Source: Vicugna vicugna (taxonomy: Eukaryota). From it: a stretch of 64,000 bases of DNA. Where the stretch lies: positions 1,680,941 to 1,744,940 of the forward strand of contig MU058844.1 of assembly GCA_013265495.1 (NCBI GenBank), given 5' to 3'. Under the pieces are notes generated by a model, which ran no database searches, was not told the origin of the DNA, and worked only from the letters and a program-made list of their open reading frames with translations. The position numbers were made by a program, and so were the translations under genes. Positions 49,788-62,813 of this stretch are shown here, in pieces. Position 1 is the stretch's first letter. The number at the start of each line of letters is the position of its first letter.

Positions 49788-50179
49788 TCCACGACTCTTA
49801 ATTGGGGTAGTAGAATCCTCTCTGTAGAATCTTTCTTCTAGCACTGGCTCCCTACCACAATGAGCAGATCCAAAAACACAGAAGGAGTTTCCTTGTGCTG
49901 ATGTAAGTTTCTAGGCCTCAGAAACACCAGAGATTAGCAGATGTCCTTGACCTTTTGGCTATCAAACACAAATGTCCAGACACATACTTCATCTCCTCCA
50001 GATTTTTGCTGTGTCTTAATTTGGACTCAAGACTGTTCAATTTTCCTGCCATTTGTAAAACATTACTTGCCTCTTCAGGCAGAATAGTGTATCTTTTCAC
50101 TTTTTTCCCAAGACATTGTATATATCTGCTTAAGTGAATACATTACATTATAATTATTTGCCCATGTATGTGCCTCTAG

Positions 50180-50640
50180 AGAAGACCCAACAGACCCAAT
50201 TGCCAGCCCCCACTTTGTTCTTACTAAAAGAACTATGATTTTCTTTTGAATAGCCTGTATCCAGCTAAGAACCTATATTCCTTGGACACTTTTGCTACCA
50301 AGGCTACCCACCTGACACAGTTCTGATCAAGACAATAGCTAGAACATTGTTGGTGATTTCTGAATAAGTTATGGTTTCTCAATGTAGGCATACCCTTCTT
50401 TATAACTGGAATACAGATGAGAGGATAGACATGGAGTAGCCATTTTAGAGTCAGTCATATGGCAACCATGAAAATGAAAACCGTATGTGAAGGATGATGA
50501 AAGAAGAAGATAAAAGGAAGCTATAATGACATAATGGAGCTTCCTGTACCTTGTTTAGCTGTGTACTATGGTAGTACTATGTACTATTATTTTTAATATG
50601 ATGAAATATCCACTGTTTGATAAAGCCAATTGTTTCTGAT
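50180..50640 (+). mobile_element. Old MaLR LTR (MLT1H/J-like)
   Basis: gacacagttctgatcaa...gtagccatttt...aaggatgatgaa...gacataatggagc...tttgataaagcca. Confidence 0.55.
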
Positions 50641-50889
50641 TTTTTACATTATAAAACATACAGAAAGTGATAATATTTGATATTTGCAAGAAAAAGGCAA
50701 CTCAGAGACAAAGTTAAATATTCAGAATGCTCTCTCTGCTGTCACAAAGAGAAATAAAGAAGTGCATTATGTTGTCACACTGGTAACACACTGGCAAAAC
50801 AATAATGCACTGTGTAGCACACCTGTTGATGATCTCTGACTAAACCACAACAGTTACGTTGTTTTCCCAAGAAGCTGGACATAATTTCT

Positions 50890-51290
50890 TACCAACAGAG
50901 TTCCTCTATCTAGACAATGAGATTGATTATTGAGAGCAAAACTGTGCATTACTTATCTTGTTTCTCTCGTACCCAGTATGCTGCTAGAAACTTAGTAGTT
51001 AATAAATATTTATTGAATAAATGAAAAGAAAAACTAATTCATTGTTCCAGACTGACTGGTTTTCTCATAGTTCTGGATTGTGCTCATTTCTGACCAAAAG
51101 GCTTTATTCATATTGTCCCTACCTGGAAAACATTCTGTACTCCTCTCCACGTAGCCAAATCCTCCCCATTCTTCAAAGTCCTTCTTAAGTCTCAACTCTT
51201 CCACGAAACTCTTCTTAACATTTTGGCTCAGGTCATACCATTTTATCCCCTTCTCTGAACTACTATAATTCATGCTGGAAGAAAGGTTCA
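50890..51290 (+). mobile_element. L2 3' fragments
   Basis: aataaatatttattgaataaatgaa tail; cctggaaaacattct...cttcaaagtc. Confidence 0.6.
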
Positions 51291-51307
51291 CTGTGACCTT
51301 AAAAATA

Positions 51308-51585
51308 CAGGTATTCTCCAACTAGTGACCCAGTTTTTCCAGGTTGTCATATGCCAACCATATTTCTTACTGACAGAATGCTGTACTTTGGATATTATTT
51401 TTCTAAAAACATTAATGCCATGAAATACAAAGAATCAGTAACAAAAATAAAAAAAATCAAGCAAACAATGAAACAATGTAAAAATTACATTTTAAGTATT
51501 CTCTTTGGGGAAATGCTCTGCCTGAGATGGATTAGCTGTATAGTTTCTTAAAATAATGAATTTAGGAAAGTTGGGATAAACACAC
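51308..51585. mobile_element. Probable Tc1/mariner-Tigger MITE
   Basis: TA|caggtattctccaact at left with imperfect inverted end agttgggataaacac at right. Confidence 0.35.
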
Positions 51586-54449
51586 CAAAATGGTCAGAAT
51601 CTCCCTCGGGTAAGCACTGAGATTTTTCAGGGCCCAACGCTCTTAGAACTGCATTTAAAGATACTATTATCTGCCTCAAAATTTCTACTGAAAATTTAAT
51701 GTGAGGTAGGCTTATAAAGGTCTTTGGATGGTAAACTGAGTTGGGCCTTTTATTTTCTTCAATAATTCTCTCCTGCCAGATTCAGATTCATCACCTTCAA
51801 TATTGTAAAGAAAAGCTCACATTTCTGAAAATAATTAGATGCCTTTAGACCAGTGCTTAGAACTTCCTCTTGAGCACTAGGAATTTGCTAGCATTCCTCC
51901 TGGTACGATCAAATTATTCTTGGCTTACTTTAAAAATTCTTTAATTTTTCACTTTTCCTGTTCTTCAGTATTTTGAAAAAAGAATATTTTAATCAGAATT
52001 TTTGCTCAGGTGTGTTTGACTGTACACTGACGCCATCAAAAGTTATTGCATTTGTGTCCAGGTATTTAGTGAACTGGACACTGATTAAACAGTCCGGTGT
52101 ATCACCTTCTACTTCTTCCGTTTAACTGGCTTTGGAGAATTACTCAGGCCTCAATTTGATTCTACCATGAGGAACACTGCCATCTAACAGAGAACTTTAT
52201 AATATATCCAAAAGGGGCCTACAGTGTTTTTGAATCTGATATATTTAATGTTTCTAGAATTTGTGGCTTATTAAGACTGAGACCTTTATTTTTGGTTGGA
52301 ATATCATAGGTAATCCCTTCAAAATCTCTACTGATAAAATATGGCAGGATTGGTGGAGATACTGAAGAGGCAAAGAATGAGAAATGAACACTAGGCTTAG
52401 AACCAAAAGTCTCTACTTTGCCTCTTAAAGTTTTTGTGACTTTGAACAATAACTAAGTCATTATAAAGCTATAATGCAGATGGTTCTAAATTTACCTACC
52501 ACACAGAGTTGTTATAAAAAATCATTTAACATATTCAAATTTGTAAACTGAAAGCATTACTTAAAAAATCCAGCTACATGTATTAGTTATCTAGTATTCA
52601 CACATTCACCCACATTTTTCCCTATGAAAGGGAATAATGTTTTTCATATTACAGAAGTGTTTCACTATTTTGGATTGTATTAATATTCTTAATCATTTGG
52701 TTAATGTGTTTCTTGGATAGTTCCAGGTTGGTTTACTTACAGTTTGCACCAAAATGAAATATTTCTGTCCCATTCTCTATATTCAATGGGGAGAAAAATG
52801 CCCACCTTGATCACTTAAATCGATTTAAAGCTGAAATATTGGCCTGAAACTTTCACATTTACCTTCAAGTTTTTGTATTCCTTGATTAACTGGATGAGTT
52901 ATAAATTTTCGAGCATTAAATACACTATAAGTAAACTGCGTTTGGGGTTGTACTGTTTGCTTATCCTTTGGGTGTTCATATCAGATAGCTTTCAGTCTTG
53001 AAGAAGCAGCAGTCACATTAAAATATTGTCAGACCTGAGCAGTCACTTCTCACTGGCTAGAGATAGTCTATAGCTTTGTAAAATCCACCCCAGGCTAATT
53101 CCGGTAGTTTATTTTGAAAGTTTAGTTCACAGTACCAAAGAAATCCTTTAACAGGAAGCTTATAGGGGCCTGTTTATCAGGTAATACTAGTACATGCATT
53201 CAACTTGCAACTGTTTTTGAATTCAGAGCCACGAGGCTTTCTGCAGGTATGGCTTTCAGTAGGTTGTAAAGTGCTTAAACAGATGGGACATAGTTATTAG
53301 CTTGGATAATATATTTTCATTGTATTAGGGTTGAAAGTGATTTTCCAGATAATGGCTTAGACAAATGTTTATGGACTCAGTCCAGTTAATCCACCAAAAA
53401 TGCAGCCTGGCTTTCAGGAGCCATTCTACTTTTATTGAATGTTTTCGATTAAATACTTAACTCCTGTGAATTTCTTACCACATTGTTAAAGAAACTTTGT
53501 CACTTTATTTTCTTCTTGGAGTCGTTGTTATCGCGTTATTTAACTTAATAGTGATTTCTGACTAATCCAGAAGCCCATATTAAACTAAACAGCTACATAT
53601 TTTATTATTTATTAAGTAATTCACTTAAAAATAATCTCAACAAAGGTCTTTTTATATTTCCACAGGTATCATGGAGTGCAAGTCAAAGCGTTGTTTGAGA
53701 TTACTAGATGAGATGCCGTAGCAGGGGGTCCAAGCCCAATGAACTGTTTTCTCTTCAACCTAAGAATTAGCCATACACTAGCTCTATCATCTCTTTATTC
53801 CACTGGCAGATTGTCTCTTGTGTAACAGTTACTGTGCTAGGTGCTGGGGACACACCAAATTAAAAGAATATCTTTTTTTTCCCATGAAGACAAGGAAATG
53901 AATAACATTTAAAAAGCACAATTTCTACTTGCTGTAATTAGAGCTTTACTGGGAACTTTTGACCTGTGTGGCCGAATTACATAACTTATTCTGTCTCAGC
54001 CCCAATTTCCCTGTTAAGACGGAGAATATTAACCAAATAGAACTCCAGAGTTGTTGGAGGAGTTAAATGGGATATGGCTGGCCTGGTATATATGGAAGCT
54101 GTATATAGTAAAAAATAATCATAAAGTTTTGAAGAACTTAGAGTTCACAATATTTACACACCATTAATAGCCTTTGCCAAATTTCTCAGCTGATAAATAT
54201 TTTAGCAGCTATTTCAGTATTGCTTTTATTAGTTCTCAGGTTCTTTGGGTCTTTAAATTGCCAAATTCCTGTTTATTGTTATAACTTATGTGAGAAATGG
54301 AGAAGCCCTGATAACCACTCTTGGTTTGGTTGACTACTCCCATCCTGACATTTTATTTGTATTTGGTTTCCTGACTGAATTATTAAAGTTATTCCACACA
54401 CTAAAAGCCCTCCACCAACAAATAAAAAAAAAAACTCATTAAAATAGCA

Positions 54450-54700
54450 GTGTTAGTTTCCTGTTGCTGCTGTAATAAATCACTACAAATTTAGTGGCTT
54501 GAAGCACACTAATTTATTCACTTAGAGCTCTGGAGGGCAAAAGTTTATAATGGGTCAACAGAGAAATGTTCCTTCTAGAGGTTTCCTTGCCTTTGCCAGC
54601 TTCTACAGGCTGCCCACACTCCTTGGCTTATAGCCCCCCATCACTCCAACATCTGCTTCTGCTGTCACATTGCCTCTCCAATCCTGTTTCTCCTGCCTGG
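54450..54700 (-). mobile_element. MaLR LTR fragment (MLT1C/D-like)
   Basis: tgttagtttcctgttgctgctgtaataaatcactacaaatttagtggctt...ccagcttctacaggctgcccacactccttggct. Confidence 0.85.
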
Positions 54701-57049
54701 AATACTAGGTGAGGGGCTAACTGGCAAAGATCAAATCTCTGAACTCTGATGCCTCAGGGTACCTAAAATCTATTAGATCCCACAAGTAGCTGAAAAATTC
54801 CCTTTAAGTCTTGTTTACACCATGATTTCCCCTTGACATGCTAAAGAATCACAGACTAAGGCCACAGAAGTCTCTCAATTAACAAATAACACTCTGTTTT
54901 CTTATTTCTAATATCACCATTAATGCAGTTCATCACATCCCCCAGGTGAGCTACTACTGCATTCCGTAGTACACTTTTTATCTTATCTTCCTTCATAACC
55001 ACCAGCAAAACTAACTGTTGTCTTTTATTTTCTGGACTGTTTCTAATCTCTAAAACCAAGCATTTTTATCATGGTCAAAGATGACCTACCTACAATTGTT
55101 TCGACAAGCTATTAATTGTGTTTAGTAACGAACCACTTGCAGCTGCTCAACACTGGAACATGCTTACTAGAAGCTGCTCGTGAGGGAAGCAACAACTCTG
55201 CAAATTAAACCTGCAAATAAGAGCATTTGCTTCATGACCCCCAACGTGGGGCTCACGGTAGAAATGCCAGGTCTCCCAGTTGGGTCCCCTGTAAGGCTCC
55301 TACTCCAGCTCCTCTGGAGGATAGATACTTATGTATCTATCTATAGATGGTGCTTCTTGCTCCATCAGATGCATTTTGTGTTGAACAGAGAGCCAACGTT
55401 TTAAGTCAGACCAACAATAATCATACTCTTAAATTTGGTGCAAAATCTGTCCTCAGTTTTAACTAATCTGGAGGATAACAATTTATCTCTTTTAACTACC
55501 TCCAAGGGATCCCAAAGTGAAATTCCACCATTCTAAATTTATTCTCTAAATGTAGGGGTGAAACAAAAACTTGATTTTATGAAAAGGTAAGAAGTACTGT
55601 TTATTTAAAGATTTGTAAAGAACAACAAAAATGTACCAAATGACTCCCTGAACTCTCTAGGTTTCTAGAGCCCATGATTCAAATTTGTGACTCAGCAAAA
55701 TACATCACAGGACGTTATAGGTCATCAGTTCCATTCTCCCTTGGTCCACCTGTGCATTTATCAAGCACCTTCTGAACTGATTTACTTTGCTAACTCCAAA
55801 TATATCCATCAACAGGACCACAAATGGCTTACTGTGAACTGAATGTCAAGAAACCTTCAGTGTAGCCTCTGTGTGAATTACCAGGGGATCTTCCTACTGC
55901 AGTTAATGAAGTGCCAACCAGGAAGACTCCTTATATACCCATCTTCTGTGCACACCTCACTCTCCGCTACCTCCTCAGTCATTATGCTTCCATCCTCTCA
56001 CATATAGCTTAGGCAGCTGTTACATCTACTTTACAATATTTTTTCCTTAATACATTTCTTGGTGTATGTTATTGTCCATTGAGGCTTGCAGACTAGGAAA
56101 AAAAAAGCCAACGAAACAAAACAGCAGGTGCTCTATCATTCTGAAAGGTTCCAATTGCATAAGCCTTTACGACACAGGCTTCTGCTATATTTTGTATCAA
56201 CAGCTTGTCACATGAGCCTCAGTTCATAGTATGGGTCATTATTTTCCAAATTGAATTTGCTTATCTGCTCTTCCCTTTACAGGTAACACTACCTGGGAAA
56301 CCAAGCTCACACTGCTTTCAAGAGTGTTCATTTGAATTCTTTTTTTTTTTTCCTTTTTGAACACTCTGCTCTGGAATTAATAATATAACCTATGTATCTG
56401 GCAAAGTGGCTCATTTTAATCAGGCTCTTCTGTTCCTATGATGCCTCAGACTTAAGGGGAAAACTTTGGCTTTTGATTATTTTCTTCTATTTCACTTTGC
56501 AAACTCTCATTTTACTGAGTTCTGCCAAAAAGCAATTTTTTACAAGAGCACTGATATTTGGTTTCTTGATCATTAAAGGAAAAAAAAAACAACAACAAAA
56601 AACTGTTCTGAGATCCTCCTTCTCACTCATCCCCCACAATAGAGCAGATGACCTTGTTTCAAGCTGAATACTGTTCTTTGCTTTTATGCTCATATTCTCA
56701 CCATCTTGTAAACTCCTATTACTATTGTCAGCTCTTATTGATGTTGACAGAGGATAAAACTAACTGAAGCAATTGCTTTATGCCCAAAACACTAGGTAGC
56801 TCACACTTCTGTCACTAGGCTGTAAGTCAGAGAGTTGGGGTGGGGGCAGGCAAGGTAGGGAGATGGTGGGAAGGAAGTCTTTGACAGAGAATACTGCAAA
56901 GAATCAGAGCTCACATTTTTCAATAATTTATCAACCTCCCTTTCTGCTCCATATCCCTACCCTCCTGCTTTCCTCTCACACAACACCCTTCCCTCCCCCC
57001 CCAAAAAAAAACCATAGGCAATGCTATTTCATCCATGCATTTACACATC

Positions 57050-57630
57050 CTCTGTATCAGTTTTGGTTTTAAACAATTACCAACTCTAGTTTATCTTCAC
57101 CTAGTGAGCTGTTATGGGGCTTCACAATGCTCATGGGAGGCAGGTGTAGAAACCTGATGAGACCCAAGAATACCTGAGGGCTGGGCAGTAGAAATCACAT
57201 AAAAAGTGATGCTGCAGAATCTGTCTGATCCACCAGCCGCTACAGCTGAGATGCAAATCAGGACATCTTTAGATGCAAAATCTCAGGAGGAAGATATGAA
57301 TGACCACAACTGTTGTTAGTCCAAACTGAGTCTTTGTGTGATTTAAAACACAGCGCTCCCTCCGGGTAAAGGCAAACCCACTGGTGCCAGGCTTGGCAAG
57401 AAGATTCCAGCTGATTTTCAGTCCCCATTGACCTTGTTGACAGGGGGTCCTTATGAATAGGGTATAAACTGCATAATCCTTCCCATGACTGTTGGGTTGG
57501 GCTGTGCCTGCCCGAAGCAGGAAGGGGAGGAGAGGAGGATCTGATTGATTTGATATTCTTAGTGAGAGGTAGGCACTGCACACAGCGGAGAATTCCCCAA
57601 AAGGGAAAATGGAGGAGGATAATTAAAAAG
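57050..57630 (-). mobile_element. Very old MaLR LTR (MLT1K/L/M-like)
   Basis: tgtatcagttttggttttaaacaa...ccaactctag...gatctgattgatt...aattccccaaaagggaaaat. Confidence 0.4.
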
Positions 57631-58139
57631 AAGCTTTAATATTGGAAAAATATTGAGAAAGACCCACTGCACGCCCAGGAATCTAAAGATGCCCTTTGGT
57701 ACATCTTTTCACTTCCATTTCCCCTTGAATGAAAATACATTCAGGCTCCGAGGAGAGCCAAGGGTAAAAGGGATTTCCCCTCTTTATGATTTGTATGGGC
57801 TCCAACATCCCTAAATTCAGCTTCCTTAGACTTTCGTAAGATCTCATGTAAGTGATATTACAGGAAAAGGATACATTGCCAATGCTAGACAACTAGGAAA
57901 TCATTTTTCCTTTATATATTATAGCACTTTTAGGGAGCGAGAATTATACAAATTATACAGTTTGGGAAATGGGGTGTTTAGTAACATGAATGCTTAGACC
58001 AAATTTTGGTTTTGTTGAAGTTAACTGCACGTCTAGATTAGTGATCATATGCTCTTGGCATATCTGGAATAAGGTTGTATATTATTCTTTAAATTTTTAT
58101 TTTGTATGTTTGTGATGATTCCAGTAGCTTTCTGATTAT

Positions 58140-60085
58140 ACATAAACTAAACGCATGGTTTTCATTTAGATTCCCTCCCAAAACCTTCTTAAAGTGAAAA
58201 TAAAGGAATCAAAAATGGTAGAAACATACAAAAGAAAAAGAATGCAAGAGGTGACACTAATAGACTGAAATGGCAACTATTTACAGTAAATGGAAAGTGA
58301 ATGGTGGAGTTAGTAGAGCTGAGAAAGCTGGATACAAGCGCTGGCTGGAGAGAAAGGCAGTGAGAATGGTACTTAGTTCTTTCTCCAGAGCCCTGGACAG
58401 GCTCTCGAAATGAGCTTATTAAGCAAGGCAGGGAAGGTATAGTGCTGCAATCAATCAGGATAGTGGTAGAAGTCTCTGTAGAGACAGGTAGGTAAAGTCT
58501 TCTTTCCTGGTGTGTACAATCAATAGATTCATCCATCTGGCAAGAAACTGCAAGTTTATCCTGAATCAGAATAAGAGGCCCTCATTTGCGACATGAATGG
58601 AACTTAAGGGCATTATGCCAAGTAAAATAAGCCAGACAGAGAAAAACAAATACTGTAAGCCATCACTTACATGTGGAATCTAAAAGCAAACAAAAAAACT
58701 CATAGAAAGAGAAGTTAAATGGGCTAGAGGGTGGGGAAAATGAGGAGATGTTGGTCAAAGGGTATAAACTTATAAAATGAATAAGTTCTGGGAATATAAT
58801 GTACAGCATAGTGATTATATTTAACAATATTGTATTATATACTTATATAACAATATTGTATTATATACTATATATATTGTATATATATAGTATTATATAC
58901 TATATATATACTATATATATCATTAAAAGAGTAGATCTTAAATGTTCTCACCACACATACACACAAAAAGGTAATTATTTGAGGTGACAGATATTAATCT
59001 TATCATGGTAATCATTTCACAATATATACAGGTACTACACAATGTTATTTGTCAACTATATGTCAACAAAGCTGGAAAAATTTAAATAAAAAATCAACTG
59101 CATTTCTATATACTAGTAGTGGACACTGAAAACCAAGATAAATGAATTACCTAGGTATTATTCTAACAAAACATGTACAAGATTTGTGAACTAAAAACTA
59201 TAACATGCTGATGGAAGAAATCAGAGAAGATTTAAATAAATGAAGAGATATTCTGTTAAAAAAGTAAGTAAGAGGCCCTGGAATCAGGGACAGGAGGTAG
59301 AGCAGAAGGCAGAAGAGAGAAGCCAAACTGCAAACAGAGGATTAAATAAAAGTTTACGTGTTGAGCTGTGCAACTGCTAGCCCCCTGATAATGCTTAGCA
59401 TACACTACCACCAGGAGACTGGAGGGTTATTTTAGGGGGAAAATGGGGTGGGTTGTGGGGTAGAGTTCTCGAAACAAAATGAGAGAATTCCTAATAAATC
59501 ACTCTCGAGGAGAAAGCTCTTAGTTGGAAGGTATCGTATTCTCACACAGACCTTCAATTCAACTTCTGATGCCTCAATCTTAAAAACGAACAGATAGCAA
59601 AAATCCCTGGGTGTTGAGGAAAGCCTGCTCAAAATTAAGATACCAAAGAGAAAAAAAGGAAATCATAGAAAATAGGGGATACTGAGAATGGCTGAAAACT
59701 AAATTAAAACTATAATTTGTGTTCTCAGATAAATAAGTCATTGCATCTAATAGAATACTATAAAAATGAAATTGTCAGCTAGATAGAGCTCGTAAAAACT
59801 AGAAATATGCATATAGAAAAAAGATTCATCCAAATAGCTAGATAATAAAACCAAGGTATCCTCATAGAAAGCAGAACAAAATTAAATGGAAAATATGATA
59901 GACATAAAAAGATCAGATTATTAGTAGACCAGTCCAGGAAGTCCAAAGGCTGACCAAAAAGAGTTCCCCAAAAGAGGTAACAGGAGGGGAAAAATTAGTT
60001 AAAAAAAAAAAAGAATACAATAAAAAGTTCTAAAACTAAAGTACCTAAGTTTCCAGATAAAGAGCCTAAAAAATATCTAGCAGAG
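58140..60085 (+). mobile_element. Old L1 5'UTR/ORF1 remnant hosting the L1MA9-like insertion
   Basis: A-rich ORF1-like accagtccaggaagtccaa..ctgac...gagttcc...aagtttccagat. Confidence 0.55.
58583..59268 (+). mobile_element. 5'-truncated L1MA9-like element plus ~170-nt transduced L1 ORF2 segment, with 11-bp TSD
   Basis: L1MA 3'UTR 58583-~59092; TSD TAAGAGGCCCT at 58572-58582 and 59269-59279; internal (TA)n-rich tract ~58830-58920. Confidence 0.85.
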
Positions 60086-60530
60086 ACACTGGAAGCAAGT
60101 TTGACAGTTTCTTACAAAGCTAAATTTGGTCTTGCCATGTGATCCAGCAATTGTGCTACCAGATTATTTACCCAAATTAGTTGACAATTTTTGTCCTTAT
60201 AAAAATCTGCACATGAATGCTTATGGAAGCTTTATCCATAATTGCCAAAATACTGGAAGCAACCAAGATATCCTTCAGAAGATGAATGGATAAAGTGATA
60301 TATCCATGAAACAGAATATTATTCATCAGTAAAAAGAAATGAGCTGTCAAGCCATGAAAAGACACTGAGGAACCTTAGGTACACATCACTTAGTGAAAGA
60401 AGTCAGTCTGAAAAGGCCACACACTGTATGATTCCAACTGTATGACATTCTGGAAACAGCAAAATTTACATAGACAGTTAAAGATTAGTGGTTGCCAGGA
60501 ATTTGGAGGAAGGGAGGGGGGATGAATTTT
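60086..60530 (+). mobile_element. L1MC-type ORF2 end/3'UTR
   Basis: agtttcttacaaagctaaa...gatccagcaattgtgct...ggaagcaaccaagat...aaatgagctgtcaagccatgaaaagaca. Confidence 0.85.
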
Positions 60531-61379
60531 AAAAAATTTTTTTGACCCTGATAATTGGCAATTCTCCCACATGGAGAATAAACTTACCTTTTCCAAGACC
60601 TCTAAAAGTCTTATCCCACTATGGAGTCAAGTTCAAGTTCAAGTTCAGACCATTTCATCATCTAAATTAATTTGGTGGAATGGGATAGGAGGCGGCTTCT
60701 CAGGGGAAGTTCTTTAGTCACAGCTTTTAAAGAATAATTTACATTGATTTGAAGGCCTGAAAACTAAGAGATAAGTTATTTGACTCTGCCCCCCTTCACT
60801 TCATCCTTTGTACACATACAACTGTGATTAGGTAACTGTAAAAACAACAACAACAACAAAAACAGGCAAAAGGTAAGCTCAGAGGAGTCAACTGGACACC
60901 TGTTTTCAGTCCTACATTAGAGCTCAACTCTCCTTTCTGCAAGAGGCTCTTCATATCTCTTGGAGAGTCACCTTCTTTTTCTTTAGAAATGGCCTGTGGT
61001 TGAGTAGCTGTTTTAGTCTGCTTCCTGCTCATGAAAGTTTGGGAACCCAGTGACCTATTTTCCAATGTAAGTGATTTCTGCCCAATTCAGTGAAAGCTGG
61101 AGGTGCTTCCACAGTTATAATTCTCTTAAAAGTTTTCTTATAAATCTTACTGTAGTTGACTCCATTAGACAAGGCCACACCCACAAATCTCTTTGAGACA
61201 GACTTCACTCTGTTTTGGGCTGAGCATAAGGGTCTTTTGGATAAGGACTTTAAGGCTCTTCAAAGTTCTTGTCTAGCTGAGAAAGTCCCTGAGATATAAT
61301 CTTAAATCTCTCTGTGGTTACAACCAGGAGTCTTTGCCCTACTCCAAACTGACCGCCTAATCAAAAGTGCTCTTCCCCC

Positions 61380-61600
61380 TGCCTTTACTGTGTAGTCAAT
61401 CACAGAACTAAGTATTTCTCGATATTTTCTAGTGTATTTTTAATTTTTCTTATTTGATTATTATCTGCCTCTGCTTATTAAAATGTAGGATCCATGGGAT
61501 GGGGACTTTGTTTTGCTTTGCATTGTGCACCTAGGGCCGAATCCAGTGTCTGTTACATAGTAGGCCATAAAACAATAAGTAAGCATGAATGCTAATTGTG
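61380..61600 (+). mobile_element. L2 3' end
   Basis: aaaatgtaggatccatgggatggggactttgttttg...cagtgtctgttacatagtagg. Confidence 0.7.
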
Positions 61601-62481
61601 TATTAGTGCTACTTTTGTTGTGGTTGTTGATTTTAAATAACAATTACAGTAGAAACCCATTTAGAGAGAGAGCCACATGTTTCCATTAGAAATGAGTCCT
61701 GGCTTAATCGTAGGGCCCTTGTCACTACACCGAAAGTGGGGATACATTCCGAAGGATGCCATCATGCTCTCCCTTGGCCTACTTCCTTATGAGATTTCCA
61801 CATCAATGGAATTAACTCTTCATATTCTCAGTTTCCTACTTATCTCACAGGGCTGTTGGAAGAATTAAAAATAAGTTTCTATATAGCACTCAACAGAAGA
61901 AGTGCTCAATGTAGTTAGCTTTTATTACTGTTAAGAGAAGGAAAGAACTTCCATCCTGGAGTGTATTCTTGCATTTCATTCATCATCTGTACTCAAGTAA
62001 CAAATTATTTGACCATGCAAGGTGTCCTTACAACTTTTTTACATTGTAGACACTTTGACATGCTGCTATATATCTAAATAGAGATTCCCATCATGAGTCA
62101 CAACAAAATATTCAATAATAGAGTAACACTAAATATAACAACTAACAAAGTATTGTCTATGGCAAAACCTTACCTCTTATTAAAATGGGTGCTGAATTGG
62201 TTATTGGCAATTCATAGTCCAGTTTCTGTTATGTTAGGCCAGATTGACAAAATTGGGACATTTCCATTTTTCTGTAAATACCCTCTGACACCATATCATG
62301 CATGCATTCTTGTAAACAGAACGGACATGCTCAATTGTTGGGATTATTTTGCAGTTTGTCTTTTATTTCTGCCTTTAAGACATCTACACACACAGCCACA
62401 TACTCCTTTTCTGGGGCAGCATTAGCCAAGGCTTCCTCACTCTAATTCCCTGTGCTAAACACAGCAAGGTAGATATCACAG

Positions 62482-62813
62482 CAGGGTTAGACAAACATTT
62501 TCTATAAAGAGCTACATATTAAATATCTTGGGCTGCGTGGGCCAAGTGGTCCCTGTTGTAACTTTGTGCCTGGTCAGGAGAAAGCAGCATAGAAAGCAGA
62601 ACATATGTGAACAAACGAGTAGGCTATGTTCCAATAAAGCTTTATTTACGGATCATGAAATTTACATTTCATACTATGTTCACATATCATGAAACATTAT
62701 TCTTCCTTTGATTTTAACACCTAAAAATATTTTCTAAAAAATTAGCTTTCAAGTCAAGCCAAAACAAGTGGCAAGGCAGATTTGACTCACAGGTCCTAGT
62801 TAGCTGATCCCTG
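62482..62813. mobile_element. hAT-Charlie MITE MER58B-like, apparently full length
   Basis: TIRs cagggttagacaaac / gttagctgatccctg; internal ggctatgttccaataaagctttattta; 332 bp. Confidence 0.85.

Noticed and set aside
2700..62180. Many isolated consensus splice donors (e.g. ~2712, ~9594, ~22240, ~35938, ~55587 on +; ~60585, ~62170 on -)
   Set aside because: No convincing paired acceptor or coding frame; expected by chance in 64 kb.
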